Assembly: GCA_964016885.1 (NCBI GenBank)
Contig: OZ024740.1
Span: 356,686,001 to 356,750,000 of the forward strand
Length of the DNA stretch: 64,000 nucleotides
Direction: 5' to 3'
Source: Eledone cirrhosa
Taxonomy: Eukaryota
The position numbers and the translations under genes are program-made. The notes beneath the pieces were generated by a model. That model was given only the letters and a program-made list of their open reading frames with translations, did no database searches and was not told the DNA's origin. Each line of letters opens with the position of its first letter. The stretch's first letter is position 1. This document shows, piece by piece, positions 10,802 through 23,774 of this stretch.

Positions 10802-13800
10802 ATGAACGATAATAATGACGAAAAGCAAAGTTGACCTCAGAATTTAAAGAGCAGAAAGAAAAGCCACAGAGTATTTTATTCAACGCTCAAAATATTCTAC
10901 CAATCTACTGCTATTGATGAGTGATATTAGCTATATCTATGGTAGACAGGAAATCATGAAATAGGCATTGATATTTGAATTGTGTAGGATTGAGTGTTAA
11001 GGAAATACCTCACCTTGCTGGATAGTATTCCAGTGTTAGGTATGTACCAATACCAGATCTGATACCTACAGAGCACGGATAGTCCCTTGAGGTAATGTAA
11101 AAATTATGTGTCCAGCAAAAAGCACGGCGAGTATATTAGATATTGAATTGGAGAAGGGCCATTAGAGAACACGCATTCCTAATTATAGGTAATTTATTAG
11201 CTTTAAGATCTAACAAAAACAGAATAATATAATACATTTCCTCTTCTATCTTTCTAATCTGTTTGTTAAAATTTTCTTATTCTGACAAGCTGTCTCCAGC
11301 TGTGATATTTATGAATCAAGATATCAGAAAAAGTAATTTTTGTGGTCGACATTCAGCTGCTATATTTCTATGAAGAGTTAAAATAACTAATTCTGATCAG
11401 CTTACAAAAACTTTTAAGTGGTATTCAAAGTAGGCTACATATTATTTTGGTAACGTTTGACATTTATCCGTTGAGAGTTTTATTTATATGAGCCAGAGAT
11501 ATATAGAAACAATTAGATTCACATAAAAACAAAATATTCTCAATCTCTTTAATATGCATTTTTTTTAAAACTACAATCTATCGCGAGAAAGCAACAATAA
11601 ACTTTTAGAGTTGTAAACAACGAATAGGTTGTTTACCTTCAATCGAAGGTCCCTAAATTTTAATTCTTCAAAGTTTTGACTGCCGACCTCTCAAACAAGT
11701 ATTATATCATTTTATACTTCAATGATGATATCTACACGAAAAGCAATAAATCACTGTTAGCACATTTAATGCCGAAGCATTACAAATTCAACTAGACATA
11801 CATATGCAGTAAGGAAAAACAACGATATTGGTCACTGATAATTTTCATCATTTTTGTTTATCCAGCATAAAACGTGTGGTATTTCTGAACATGTTTCTGT
11901 GTTATGCAGACTTTCTCAACGAAGCCTAGCCTTCTCATATCTCTTTAGATAGTGATGACGCAATTAATAAGTAAATACATGTTAGTGTATACATATTAAT
12001 TGGAGTAGAAATATAGAATTTCATATAAATATTAAATAATCCAAAGACGTTATATACATAGCAAACAATACTTGGGTTAGAAGTTAGACCTAGCTTATTT
12101 AAGAGAGTAAAAGTAGTTATGATGAGCAGATGTTAATTCCATTTGAATCAAGTACATCATATGTTCTCGACCATCGATGAATAAGACGTTCCCCTTTATT
12201 TAAACCAAAAGAAGACAGTAAACTACTTAATGTGTCTGTCTACTTACACTGCAATAGTCTCTTAGCAAGCAGATCCGAGAAATGGGTATTTAGAAAATCG
12301 CTGATACTTTTCAGAAGCATGATTGCTACATGTCATTTCTCCTCTTCTAAACCTAAAAGATCACATCCCCGGTAAAACTTTAATATTTCATAATTTAACA
12401 AACTCTTGAATTTGGTACGGAGTAAAATAGTCAACTTAAGTGAACCTAATATGTTACAAATATACATGTTATCGACTTTCAGGCGGATGAAAAACATAGA
12501 CAAACGCAGTTGTATTTTAACTTAAATTGTAGGACACTGTAATTGAACACTGATCACTGATCTTCATTTGTAACAATTTCTCCATATTCTTTATGGATAT
12601 CAGCATTAAATAACCAATGATGAAATCTGTGTATAAGGCCTTGACTTTAGATATGTACATATAATAGGTACTTTAAATCTATATATATATATATACATAT
12701 AAAGCGTAAGATATTCTCATGCAAGAATAAAACGGAAAATGATGACAGTCGTGAAGAGGTTGAGTAATTGTACACCCAGCATTATATTTTTACTAGGTTA
12801 CTAAGGTCACAATTGATAAAATACACTACATATATATCAATTTGAATAAAGTAAAGTGTCGGGCGAATTTAAATGTGAAATAAAAAGATTAGCAACAAAA
12901 GGGTTAGGTTTACCGTAATTTAAATCCATAAGGTCCCTTTGATCTTGTCTCTGACACAGCTCTGTGTTCTTGGAAAAGAGAAAGAAAATGTCTCTAAATC
13001 AGTTCCTTTAGCGGTAAATTGTTACCATAAAATGGTTCAACATACAGCTGAAGTCAGGAGTAATACTTTAGACTATATAATAATAGTATGTTAGTTTAAC
13101 GCTTGATAAAGCTGTAAGAGTGTAGTAACGGTTCAAGCACCGGTCAGTCAATTGAGAGTAGAGAAAAAGAGAAGAGAATATGTTTGGGAGTGAAATGAAA
13201 AGGATAACCTATGACAATAAGAAAGAAAACAGGAAAACAGTAGAGCAAAGTAGTGCTCACTTTTGTTAGTCAGCCATCTTTCAAAAAGGAAATATATATA
13301 TATATATATTTATACATACACAGATACATACATATATATAAAAGAAAGTATAAGATGTTCAAACGCCGAAAATAACTGCAAGTACAGTCAGTTGCTAAGA
13401 AATAGCACGGGAAAAAGAGACGGGAAAAAAGTTGACGGTGTTCGCTACAAGGCATTGAATTGTGTATCTCTCAGATATCGTTGGAGTGCTCTAGCTATTG
13501 AGGTAAGTGACTTCCGCCAACATATACCGTCTAAATTGAGGAGCTGAATCAAACAGCTTTTGAAAATGTAAACGTACAGCGTGTGTGAAGCTCGAACTTT
13601 CGAACATACGAAGTGACGAGATAATAAAGTTTATATAAAATGTAGGATGCTCAAGCCCAGAAAATAATCGCAAATCAGTTGCTATAAAATAGTGCTTCAT
13701 AAATTCGTAAGTTTGAAAGTTCGTGCTTCGTACACGATGTTTGTTTACATGCTCAAAATCTGTGTGAACATTTTCCACATCGTTTCAACGTCATCATTTT

Positions 13801-13879
13801 GCTGAGGGCGTTATCTGAATTTGGCTGCAATTTACATAAACTTTCCCGACCCACAAATCCTTTCTTTCAGCCTAAGCCT

Positions 13880-14560
13880 CATGAGAAAAATCCTCCCTCC
13901 CAATGGGATCCAGTCCATAACACATTCCGACAACCGGAGACTGGTACCAGAGCCACGGAAAGTTGTTGAAGAAACCCCGACTACATCTGGCCTACTCCAC
14001 TAGTTCCTGATTCTTGCCTCTAAGGATTTTAACGTTCCAGTTGCTAATGATTAAATTTACCCCCTTCTTAATCCTCTTTGAGGTCTCAGGTTACACAACC
14101 AGAACAAGTCGCAGGCCCATCATCAGTTCTTGCAGTGTTAGATGGAGACTGAAATATATTCTCGAACAAGCACCTCTACCTAAAGCCTGCGTCCCTCTTT
14201 ACACCGCGCGAAATACTATGCAGTATGAATACTTTCCTTGCATCTAACCGTATTGCAGTGTTTTGGTAGTCTTATTAGTGCCAGTCAACAATTTAATACC
14301 TTTCCCAGAACCTCTAAGTCTAGTATTCTTAGAGGCGGCCTTTACTAACTTCGTCGAAGCTATATCACATGGTTGTGAGAATTTTCTTAGGAGCTAAATG
14401 TTTCACACATTGATCCATATCCCCTAGTAGTTTACCGCAGTTGAAGCGAGGCTGCTTATTCCCCCGACAGGAACACGGGTATATTGTAAATAATAATCAT
14501 ATGTGGTGAACGTAGCGCTATCTGCCATCGGTGACCTGTTCTCTAGTAGAACAGCACTGC
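13880..14560 (-). pseudogene. Decayed RTE-clade LINE 5' part (5' UTR + APE endonuclease N-terminus)
   Basis: The minus strand reads NLIISNWNVKILRGKNQELVE..RPDVVGVSSTT.RGSGTS..VMDWIPLGGRIFLMRLRL, typical of the RTE APE N-terminus. Stops and deletions are present. Confidence 0.6.
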
Positions 14561-14656
14561 CGGTAACAAACACATTCACTCACTCACATACACACATACA
14601 TACATATATAGGTATATAGATAGATTTATAGATAGATAGATATGGACATAGATATA

Positions 14657-14766
<110 letters not shown>

Positions 14767-14799
14767 AGATCAAAAGATGGTTAAAAGAGTTTCCAAGTA

Positions 14800-14866
14800 T
14801 TTTATTATGCGCATTTCAAAAACAAATATCATCATGGGATGATATCTGCGTTCTCATCAGATAAAA
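14800..14866 (-). ncRNA. Type I hammerhead ribozyme (minimal, PLE-type)
   Basis: Reverse complement of the 15840-15906 motif. Confidence 0.75.
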
Positions 14867-15839
14867 TAAGGAGACATGATATGAAACTTAAAAAACACTT
14901 GTGAATAGTGAAGTTTTAAATCAACATATGAAAAATAAATTAAGATTGATATACAAGATTGTGAAAAAGTGAGGGGGGTTGGAAAAGGTAAGGAAGAGGA
15001 AGAGATGAAAGTAAAGGATGGTGGGGGAGGAGTATAAAAAGGAAGGATGATAGAGGAGGAGAGATGGGTGATAGAGAGAGAGAGAGAGAGAGATAGCCTT
15101 TACAACTGAGAAAAAAATATATATTGTCTCAATTAAAAAACCGTTGGAAGATAATAGATAATTTAAAAGATTTTGAAATTAAAAGTTAATGAGGTTTATG
15201 CATGAAGAAAAAGAAATTAAGAATAATATTAATGTTATTAAGGATATAATGTGAAAAGAAGGAGAAGAATGAATGAGTTATGAATTTAGAGGAATTAGTT
15301 AGGGTTTTAGTTAGTTACCCTAACTAATTCCTCTAAATTCATAACTCATTCATTCTTCTCCTTCTTTTCACATTATATCCTTAATAACATTAATATTTTT
15401 TTATTTTAACAATACATATTAATAAATTCTTTTCCTCGCACATATTATTAAACCCTTCAATATACAAACCTTAATTTAATACTATTCTTAATTCCTTTTT
15501 CTTCATGCATAAACCACATTAACTTTTAATTTCAATATCTTTTAAATTATCTATTATCTTGCAACAGCTTTTTAATTTTTCTCTGTGAGACAATATATAT
15601 TTTTTTCTCAGTTGTAAAGGCTGTCTCTCTCTGTCACCCATCTCTCCTCCTCTCTCATCCTTCCTTTTTATACTCCTCCCCCACCATCCTTTACTCTCAT
15701 CTCTTCCTCTTCCTTACCTTTTCCACACACCCCCCTCACCTTTTCCCAATCTCATACATCAATCTTAATTTATTTTTCATATGTTGATTTAAAACTTCAC
15801 TATTCACAAGTGGTTTTTAAGCTTCATATCATGTCTCCC

Positions 15840-15906
15840 TTTTATCTGATGAGAACGCAGATATCATGCCATGATGATATTTGTTTTTGAAATGCGCATA
15901 ATAAAA
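15840..15906 (+). ncRNA. Type I hammerhead ribozyme (minimal, PLE-type)
   Basis: ttttat-CTGATGA-stem II (gaacgcagatatcat/atgatatttgttttt)-GAAA-tgcgca-TA-ataaaa. Stem III (atgcgcat) is palindromic, as in dimer-forming PLE hammerheads. Confidence 0.8.
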
Positions 15907-16029
15907 TTCTTGGAACTCTTTTAACCATCTTTTGATCTTATATTATTTATACTCCAGTCCTACAAACTGTAGAGTGCTACTTATCCGATATTTGCATTGC
16001 TTTATTGTGCTGCAGTAAAACTCACCTCC

Positions 16030-16104
<75 letters not shown>

Positions 16105-16188
16105 CAAAGGAAATGTGGTAAGGAACCAGATGGACCGTAACGCACCAGAGTACTCAATACTTAGAGTAGTAGAGTGGGAAATAGGGAA

Positions 16189-16296
16189 AAGTATGACCCC
16201 GACGGCAGAGCTCGAGCCGTTTCAACGGCTATTTCTGGACTAAATTAGAATTTTTAGCCTGGTGAATAAATAGCCGAACTTGTCAAGGGGGTACTT
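16189..16296 (-). ncRNA. Type I hammerhead with U3-A8 variant core (inverted pLTR copy)
   Basis: Reverse complement of 18503-18610, with the core TTGACAA conserved. Confidence 0.7.
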
Positions 16297-16829
16297 CTTT
16301 ATATGGGAAGATTGTAGTTGTCAAGAGGATTGGTTAAAATTTGTTGTAAACACAAATAAGTCTACCATGGCATTTGGTGGGAGGTAGGGGTGGCTGAACT
16401 TGCCTGTAGAACAATAGGGGAGTGAGTGGAGCGGTCTAGTGTTGAAAGTGATATGTATACAGCAGATTCTAAGGATAGTGTATGAGTTGGAGGAGAGAGG
16501 TTATAGAATAGGTAAATCGAATGAGAGTAGGAGACAATAAAAGATAATAGAAAGAAAGAAAAAATATATAAAATTAGATAGTGAGAAATGAATAAAAAAA
16601 ATCAAAAAAAATTCACAATGCTATCTTACAATTACAGGTTAATAAGTTGAGAATAGAAAAAAACTTGTAGAAATTGAGTAGTACCAAAACTGATACAAAA
16701 ATAAAACGTTTAACACGTCTGCTATAAGTAGTTAGTAAAACTGCCCTGATAGATCTACATGCCCCCTCAACAACAAATACCGAGAACGTAACGTGATCTA
16801 CCAGTGCAACGTGAGGACGGACACCGTCC

Positions 16830-17843
16830 CTAACCCGAGTCAATTTCCTGGACGTTACCCTTAACCTCGAAAATGATCTGTACTACCCATACAGAAAACC
16901 AAACGACAACCTGCACTACATCCACCGCCGCTCTAACCATCCTAGAAACATCACCAATAGCCTGGTTAAAAACATCTTCATCCCCATATCTCCTTTGTCC
17001 GCTAATGAGCAGATATTCGACGAACACGCGCCTCATTACAACCAGGCCCTCAAGCGGGGTGGCTTCCGGGAGGAAATATCCTTTTATTCAGCTTCCCTTA
17101 GTGGAACCAGCAGGCGACACCGCTGCTCACGCAACGTAACGTGGTTCAATCCTCCCCATAATGCCGAGGTGGCAACACCTATCGGGAAAATATTCTTTAG
17201 ACACCTCGAAAAACAATTCCCACTACAACACCGCTACCACAACATAATCAACAAAAACACCATCAAACTCTCCTACAGCACCACGCTTAACTTCGCACAA
17301 AACATCGTCTCCTCAAACAACAAAAAACTCAACCCCTATGGAAGAAATAACCTAGACATCAGTGGAGAGCCGACCAGGACGTGTAACTGATCTACGTGCC
17401 CCGTCAACAACAAATGCCGAGAACGTAACGTGATCTACCAGTGCAACGTGAGGACGGACACCTCCAACAAAGCTTATATAAGATTAACTGCGTGTGACTT
17501 CAAGACCCGGCTCTACCAACACCGACATACTTCCCGAAACCCGGTCCGGCGACATGCCACTACACTGTCGGGCCACATCTGGGACCTCCAAAATAATAAT
17601 ATAACCTACAATCTCACTTGGAGCTTACTGTCCAGAGCTAACTCTTACACGGGAGGACGCCGTCCGTGTAACTTATGCTCGGAGGAAACATTACAAATGT
17701 TGTTTTCGAAGGACCAACTCCTAAACAAGAAAGACGAACTGGTAACCGCATGCAAACACAGATTGCGTAGGACTTACCTCGCCCTCAAACCCCATAACGA
17801 CCCGGTGGGTAGACAAGGGCTGATCCCCCCACTTGCCGAATAA
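16830..17843 (+). pseudogene. PLE RT C-terminus + GIY-YIG endonuclease, disrupted
   Basis: ORF pieces 16995-17390 and 17430-17843 plus an upstream RT fragment, with a stop at about 17390. Confidence 0.8.
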
Positions 17844-18502
17844 GTTAGGGGAAACCCCAGCTTACATAGGTTGATGTATCTCTTTTCTTTTCTTTTCCTC
17901 ATTGTCTTCTTCCCCTGTCTCATCCTATCACTTCCTTTCACTTCCTTTCACCCCCTATTTTCTTCCTCGTCTGCTTTTCCCCTTTCGCCTACCCCGATGC
18001 AGCCCATCGGGCCTCTGTAGCATCAGTTCCCCCACCCCTGTAATTTTAAGATAGAATTGGCCGAATACGTTTTACTAACTACTTATAGCAGACGTGTTAA
18101 ACCCCTTTTATTTTTGTATCAGTTTTGGTACTACTCAATTTCTACAAGTGTTTTCTATTCTCAACTTATTAACCTGTAATTGTAAGATAGCATTGTGATT
18201 CTTTTTTTTTATTCATTTCTCACTATCTAATTTTTTTTTTCTTTCTTTCTATTATCTTTTATTGTCTCCTACTCTCATTCGATTTACCTATTATATAACC
18301 TCCCTCCTCCAACTCATACACTATCCTTAGAATCTGCTGTATACATATCACTTTCAACGCTTGACCGCTCCACTCACTCCCCTATTGTTCTACAGGCAAG
18401 TTCAGCCACCCGTACCTCCCACCAAATGCCATGATAGACTTATTTGTGTTTACAACAAATTTTAACCAATCCTCTTGACAACTACAATCTTCCCATATAA
18501 GG

Positions 18503-18610
18503 AAGTACCCCCTTGACAAGTTCGGCTATTTATTCACCAGGCTAAACATTCTAATTTAGTCCAGAAATAGCTGTCGAAACGGCTTGAACTCTGCCGTCGG
18601 GGTCATACTT
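18503..18610 (+). ncRNA. Type I hammerhead with U3-A8 variant core
   Basis: Stem I aagta.cccc/gggg..tactt; core TTGACAA (18513-18519); stem II g..cggctattt/aaatagctg..c with an inner hairpin; GAAA; stem III cggc/gccg; cleavage triplet GUC at 18596-18598. Confidence 0.72.
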
Positions 18611-18630
18611 TTTCATATATATATAAATAA

Positions 18631-18661
<31 letters not shown>

Positions 18662-18801
18662 AGCAAAAGGGGCATTTAATTTGTTGGTAATTCAACAAAT
18701 ATAAATGTTTATAACTGATTCAAAGCACTCGACAAGTTTTCTGGAGTATAATATTCAATGATATTAAATAAATGGAAACTATATTTATAAAACCATATTT
18801 A

Positions 18802-18858
18802 TTCTATTATATATATTTCAAGGGTACCAAAATTTTGGTACGTTCTCATCAGATAAAA
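18802..18858 (-). ncRNA. Type I hammerhead (inverted pLTR copy)
   Basis: Minus strand: ttttat-CTGATGA-gaacgtacca..tggtaccctt-GAAA-tatata-TA-atagaa. Confidence 0.75.
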
Positions 18859-19177
18859 TACAAAGTTTGTTTTATAAATATTGACATAACCAGGAAGAAG
18901 ATCTTAACGGTTCAAGTCTTTACAAGCTCTTCTTTCTTTCTCTTTATTCTTCCTACACATACATACATATATCCTAATAATTATTTAAATCTACCTAGCG
19001 TCTAAAAATAACGTTTTTTTCAGCCCTATACCTCAACCTCGTTTGCATACTCATCTTAATAATTTGAAATATTTGACTTTTCTTCTCTTTCCCTTCTTTT
19101 CTTTACTATCCAGAAAAAACTTGAACCGTTAAGATCTTCTTCCTGGTTATGTCAATATTTATAAAAGAAACTTCATA

Positions 19178-19234
19178 TTTTATCTGATGAGAGCGTACCA
19201 AAGTTTTGGTACCCTTGAAATATATATATTAGAA
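19178..19234 (+). ncRNA. Type I hammerhead (5' pLTR copy)
   Basis: ttttat-CTGATGA-gagcgtacca aagttt tggtaccctt-GAAA-tatata-TA-ttagaa. One mismatch each in stems I and II. Confidence 0.7.
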
Positions 19235-19429
19235 TATATATGGTTTTATAAATATAGTTTCCATTTATTTAATATAATTGAATATTATACTCCAGAAAAT
19301 CTGTCGAGTGCTTTGAATCAGTCATAAACATTTATATTTGTTGAATTACCAACAAATTAAATATCCCTTTTGCTTATGAATAGCTCCTTTAATGTTGAGC
19401 ACTTTAAACTATAACTGATTGTAAAAATA

Positions 19430-21646
19430 ATGAAATTCTTTAGGATTTCTTCTTCTCTTCAGGATGTACCTTTACCTAAAAATAAGGAATATCTAAAACA
19501 AGTCATAGAAAAATCTGACTCCTTTATAAGAAGACTTAGATGGCGTGCTTTCCATTTTCATAAAAAATCGGAAGACTAAATAAATAAATCCAGTTACAAC
19601 TTTGATCTTATTTTCAAATCTAAGAAGAATCCACCTAGCAACAAACTACTAACCGAATTTGAAAACGAAGTAATCTCCATTATACAAAACATTAAATTTA
19701 AAACAAACCAATTTATCGGCCAGGAGTACCTTAAAGGCCTCAAGAATAAAATAGAGAATCTAGAAAAAACAAAGAAGATCCTTGTAAAATCTGACAAAAT
19801 CAATAATTTATATGGTATGGAAAAGGACGACAATAATAACTTAATACTGAAAGAACTCAGGAAAAACTACAAAAGGACATCAAATGAAGATCTTTCAACC
19901 TTAAATAGAGAAGCTTCAGAAATTATTTATAAACTAGGCATTGAGACAGAACCCTTTATACCTAGAAAACCGAAGATTAAATTGAAGGACCACAAAAGAA
20001 ATTTTGAAGTTGAACTACCAGTCAGACACATCGCACCATCTAAATCTGACTTAGGCATAATTAGCAAGCATATACTAGATAGAATTACCACTACTTAAAG
20101 TGAAATCACAACTTAAACTATGGAACGGTGCTAATGAAGTAATAGATTGGTTTAAAAACATAAAATTAAAACATAAGAAAAAATTCTTTCAAATAGATAT
20201 TGATAATTACTACTCCTCTACTACCCCTGAACATACAGACCTATCTAGTGAAGAAATGAACATCATTCTAACAGCACCTAAAACCCTAATAGAATTTAAT
20301 AATCATCTCTGGACAAGAGCCGACAGAAAAAACAATTTTGATATCATTATGGGATCATCTGACTCGGCGCAAGTAACAGACCTCGTGGGATTATTTATTG
20401 ATAATGTACTGCATAGAAAAATGCCAGAGATGACCGGAGGTTTATATCGTGACGATATGTTACTTTTAATTGAAAACCATAGCAATAGTGAAATTAATAG
20501 GAAAAAGAAATCCATAATACAATTTTTCAACAACTACAATCTTAATTTAGAAATCGAGAATAATTACAAAATTGTTAACTTCTTAGATGTAACCTTAAAT
20601 CTTAGCTCAGGTCTTTACTATCCATTCCATAAAATTAAAGAAAATCTAAATTACGTAAGTTTCAATTCTAATCATCCTAGAAATATAAAAAAAACATTAT
20701 TGTCAATAGCGTCCAGCAACGGATTTCATGCATCTCTGCTAATAAAAATATTTTTGATGATAAGGCAGAATATTACAATGAGGCTTTACATAGAGCAGGA
20801 TACTCGAATAAAATTAAATACTTAGATAACAATAATATGATAAATCACCCTAGAATTCATAATAATAACAATAAACAATTCAACTTAAATAGTAAACCAA
20901 ACAAAAAATCTAGAACTAGAAATATTATTTAGTACTTTCCCCCATTCTCATTAGGCGTTAAAACACCTTTAGCAAAGCTATTTTTTAAAGCACTAGATAA
21001 GTGTTTTTCTAAAGCCCACAGATACCACTTTATTTTTAACAGACACTATAAAACTATCCTACTCTACTACTATGAACATAGCACAAAATATAAATAGAAT
21101 TAATAATAGAAACTTAAATTTAAACCCTAACCAAACAAACCAAGATAGCAATAATAATATTTCTAACAACAATATTCATAATAATAGTACCGTTCCTAAT
21201 AACAACAATTCCAGAAAATGTAACTGTAGAATTAAATCAAACTGCCCTTTACAAAATAGTTGCTTAGACAAAAACGTAATCTATAAATGCACAGTTAAAA
21301 CTAGAGACAAAATATTTAACTTTATATGTGCCACTTCTACAAAATTCAAAAACGCTGGTACAACCACAAACATACATTTAATAGGTCCAATAAAAAATCT
21401 TCCACTTCACTTTCACATTTAATTTGGAATTTAAAGGACAACAATATAGACTACTCAATATCTTGGGGAACGAATGCGAAAGCACCTGCATACTGAAATA
21501 CGGCTTTCTCAAGAATCTGTCATTTGTGTACCGAGGAAATTTTTTATATAATTAACTATCAAAAATCTATTAATTTAAGAACAGAATTATTTTCTAGTTG
21601 CAGACATCGCCAAAATTCTACTTTCAGAAGTATTTTTAATCTATGA
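19430..21646 (+). pseudogene. PLE RT + GIY-YIG polyprotein with multiple stops and frameshifts
   Basis: Fragments 19817-20098, 20100-20825 and 21072-21422 plus flanking pieces carry PLE motifs. Confidence 0.85.
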
Positions 21647-22788
21647 TATTCATTACACTTGACTATATCTTATACACCTTTAAAATGATCCTATTATTTA
21701 CTGAGTATTTCTTTAAAAATTAAAAATATGTTAAATGATCTTCCTTCTTAAATTTAGTATTTTTACCATTTGATATTCTTTTCCTCTTCTTAATCTATTT
21801 TTAGATGTAGATTGATAATCTTTAATTGACATTCTGAAAGATATCCTCTTTACGATAATTCTTCGAAATGCATAATACTGTTTTTCCTCTTTTTAATCTT
21901 CAAAATGTTCACACATCTTTCGACGTAAATAATATGTAATTGAAATTCTTATCCTTGAAAAAAATAATCTCACATCAAATAATATATAATTTTCTCCACA
22001 TACTTTCTGAGTAAATCATTCATCAAATTTAATGGTTAGCAAATAAGATTGGAGTTATCTTTTCCTTTACAATTGAACATACACATGATAACTTGTATGA
22101 TAAACTATATAACTTCGCTAAATTAACAATATTCTGAAAACATTTTCAATGTTGGAACAAAATATTTGAAACCACAAATTGTTCTCCTCTCACAACTTGA
22201 ACTACGTCCTTTTCTTAATTTTTTTTATGTATAATGTAAAATCAACATCCTTCGTAACTCATATGAGAAATATAAACAATTAATAATTGTGGTTTATTTC
22301 TATAACATCACCAATAATACTTATACTTGCACAATTATTAATCTATATTGATATTTATATACTTACAGCTTGCTGTAATGTAATAAGATAAAATGTACTT
22401 ACAACCATAATTCTTGATATAATCTAATTGATTATATATACAATATTACAACTCCTAATATAGCTAATTTTTTTAAATTCTGGAATCATATTCCACCATT
22501 CCTACAAACTGTTAATTCTTTTTAAATTAGCGTAAATACAAGCTTTTCTTTCGTTCTCTTTCTTCTTCCTACACATACATATATCCTAATCATTTAAATC
22601 TAGCTAGCGTCTAAAAATAACGTATTTTTTTCAGCACTATACCTCAACCGCATTTGCATACTCATCTTAATAATTTGAAATATTTGACTTTTCTTCTCTT
22701 TCCCTTCTTTGCTTTACTATCTGTGAAAAGCTTGAACCGTTAAGATCGTCTTCCTGGTTATGTCAATATTTATAAAACAAACTTCGTA

Positions 22789-22845
22789 TTTTATCTGATG
22801 AGAGGGTACCAAAGTTTTGGTACCCTTGAAATATATATAATAGAA
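22789..22845 (+). ncRNA. Type I hammerhead (3' pLTR copy, best preserved)
   Basis: ttttat-CTGATGA-gagggtacca/tggtaccctt (10 bp)-GAAA-tatata-TA-atagaa. Confidence 0.82.
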
Positions 22846-22885
22846 TAAATATGGTTTTATAAATATAGTTTCCATTTATTTAATA

Positions 22886-23185
<300 letters not shown>

Positions 23186-23677
23186 AACAGAAAAATAGAA
23201 TTGAATTAATTGAAAGGTCTTGTAGAATGTATTCTATTTTAACCATAATACGCAAGTATTAGAGGGATTTTACTCTATTTTAAAGAGTTCCTTCATCAAA
23301 TATAGATCGACAAATGCTTCCTGGAATAAACATCGTGACTTGCTGCATATAAGATCTATAGCTTTGTAACCTCGAACGATTGTAATGAAAATTATGTCTT
23401 CTCTTAGAAATACAAGGAAGAACTTTCGCTTCATATGAATTCAGATCGTGTTTTACGTCGAATATTAATATTTCAATTACTCTACGATTTTGCCTCTGTA
23501 CCTAAACCTATTTAGATAAAATTATTTGCTTCAATTCATAGCATTTAGACATGAACTCATTTATCTTTCTGTCAAAACAATCGATTACAGCTTGAGAATC
23601 ACAGCATACAGGACACTTTTCTTCTAACACACAGACGCACACATGCACTCAAACACACACTCTCACACACACACAAT

Positions 23678-23774
<97 letters not shown>

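Larger units (their letters stand above)
16102..18612 (+). mobile_element. 5'-truncated Penelope-like element with inverted 5' pseudo-LTR
   Basis: RT C-terminus (VNFLDVTLNL..YYPYRKP; WFNPP), a Cys motif, then GIY-YIG (VIYQC..AYIRLT..FKTRLYQH) and CNLCSEE..CKH. 16185-16740 is the reverse complement of 18070-18612. (TA)n flanks both sides. Confidence 0.88.
18661..22885 (+). mobile_element. Near full-length Penelope-like element (Nematis/Neptune-type): inverted partial pLTR + pLTR + ORF + 3' pLTR
   Basis: 18661-18925 is the inverse of about 19120-19377, and 18925-19270 is repeated directly at 22540-22885. The ORF has N-terminal VPLP..YLKQVIEK..FIRRLRWRAF, IDIDNYYSS, MGS, LYRDD, VNFLDVTLNL, CNC..CP..C, VIYKC and CHLCTEE. 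(TA)n flanks it. Confidence 0.88.

Noticed and set aside
13425-13480. Minus-strand ctgagag...gaac accg tc hammerhead-like remnant
   Set aside because: The core is broken at several invariant positions and stem I does not pair.
15297-15345. ttaggg/ccctaa telomere-like hexamers
   Set aside because: Single units at the centre of the pLTR palindrome, not an array.
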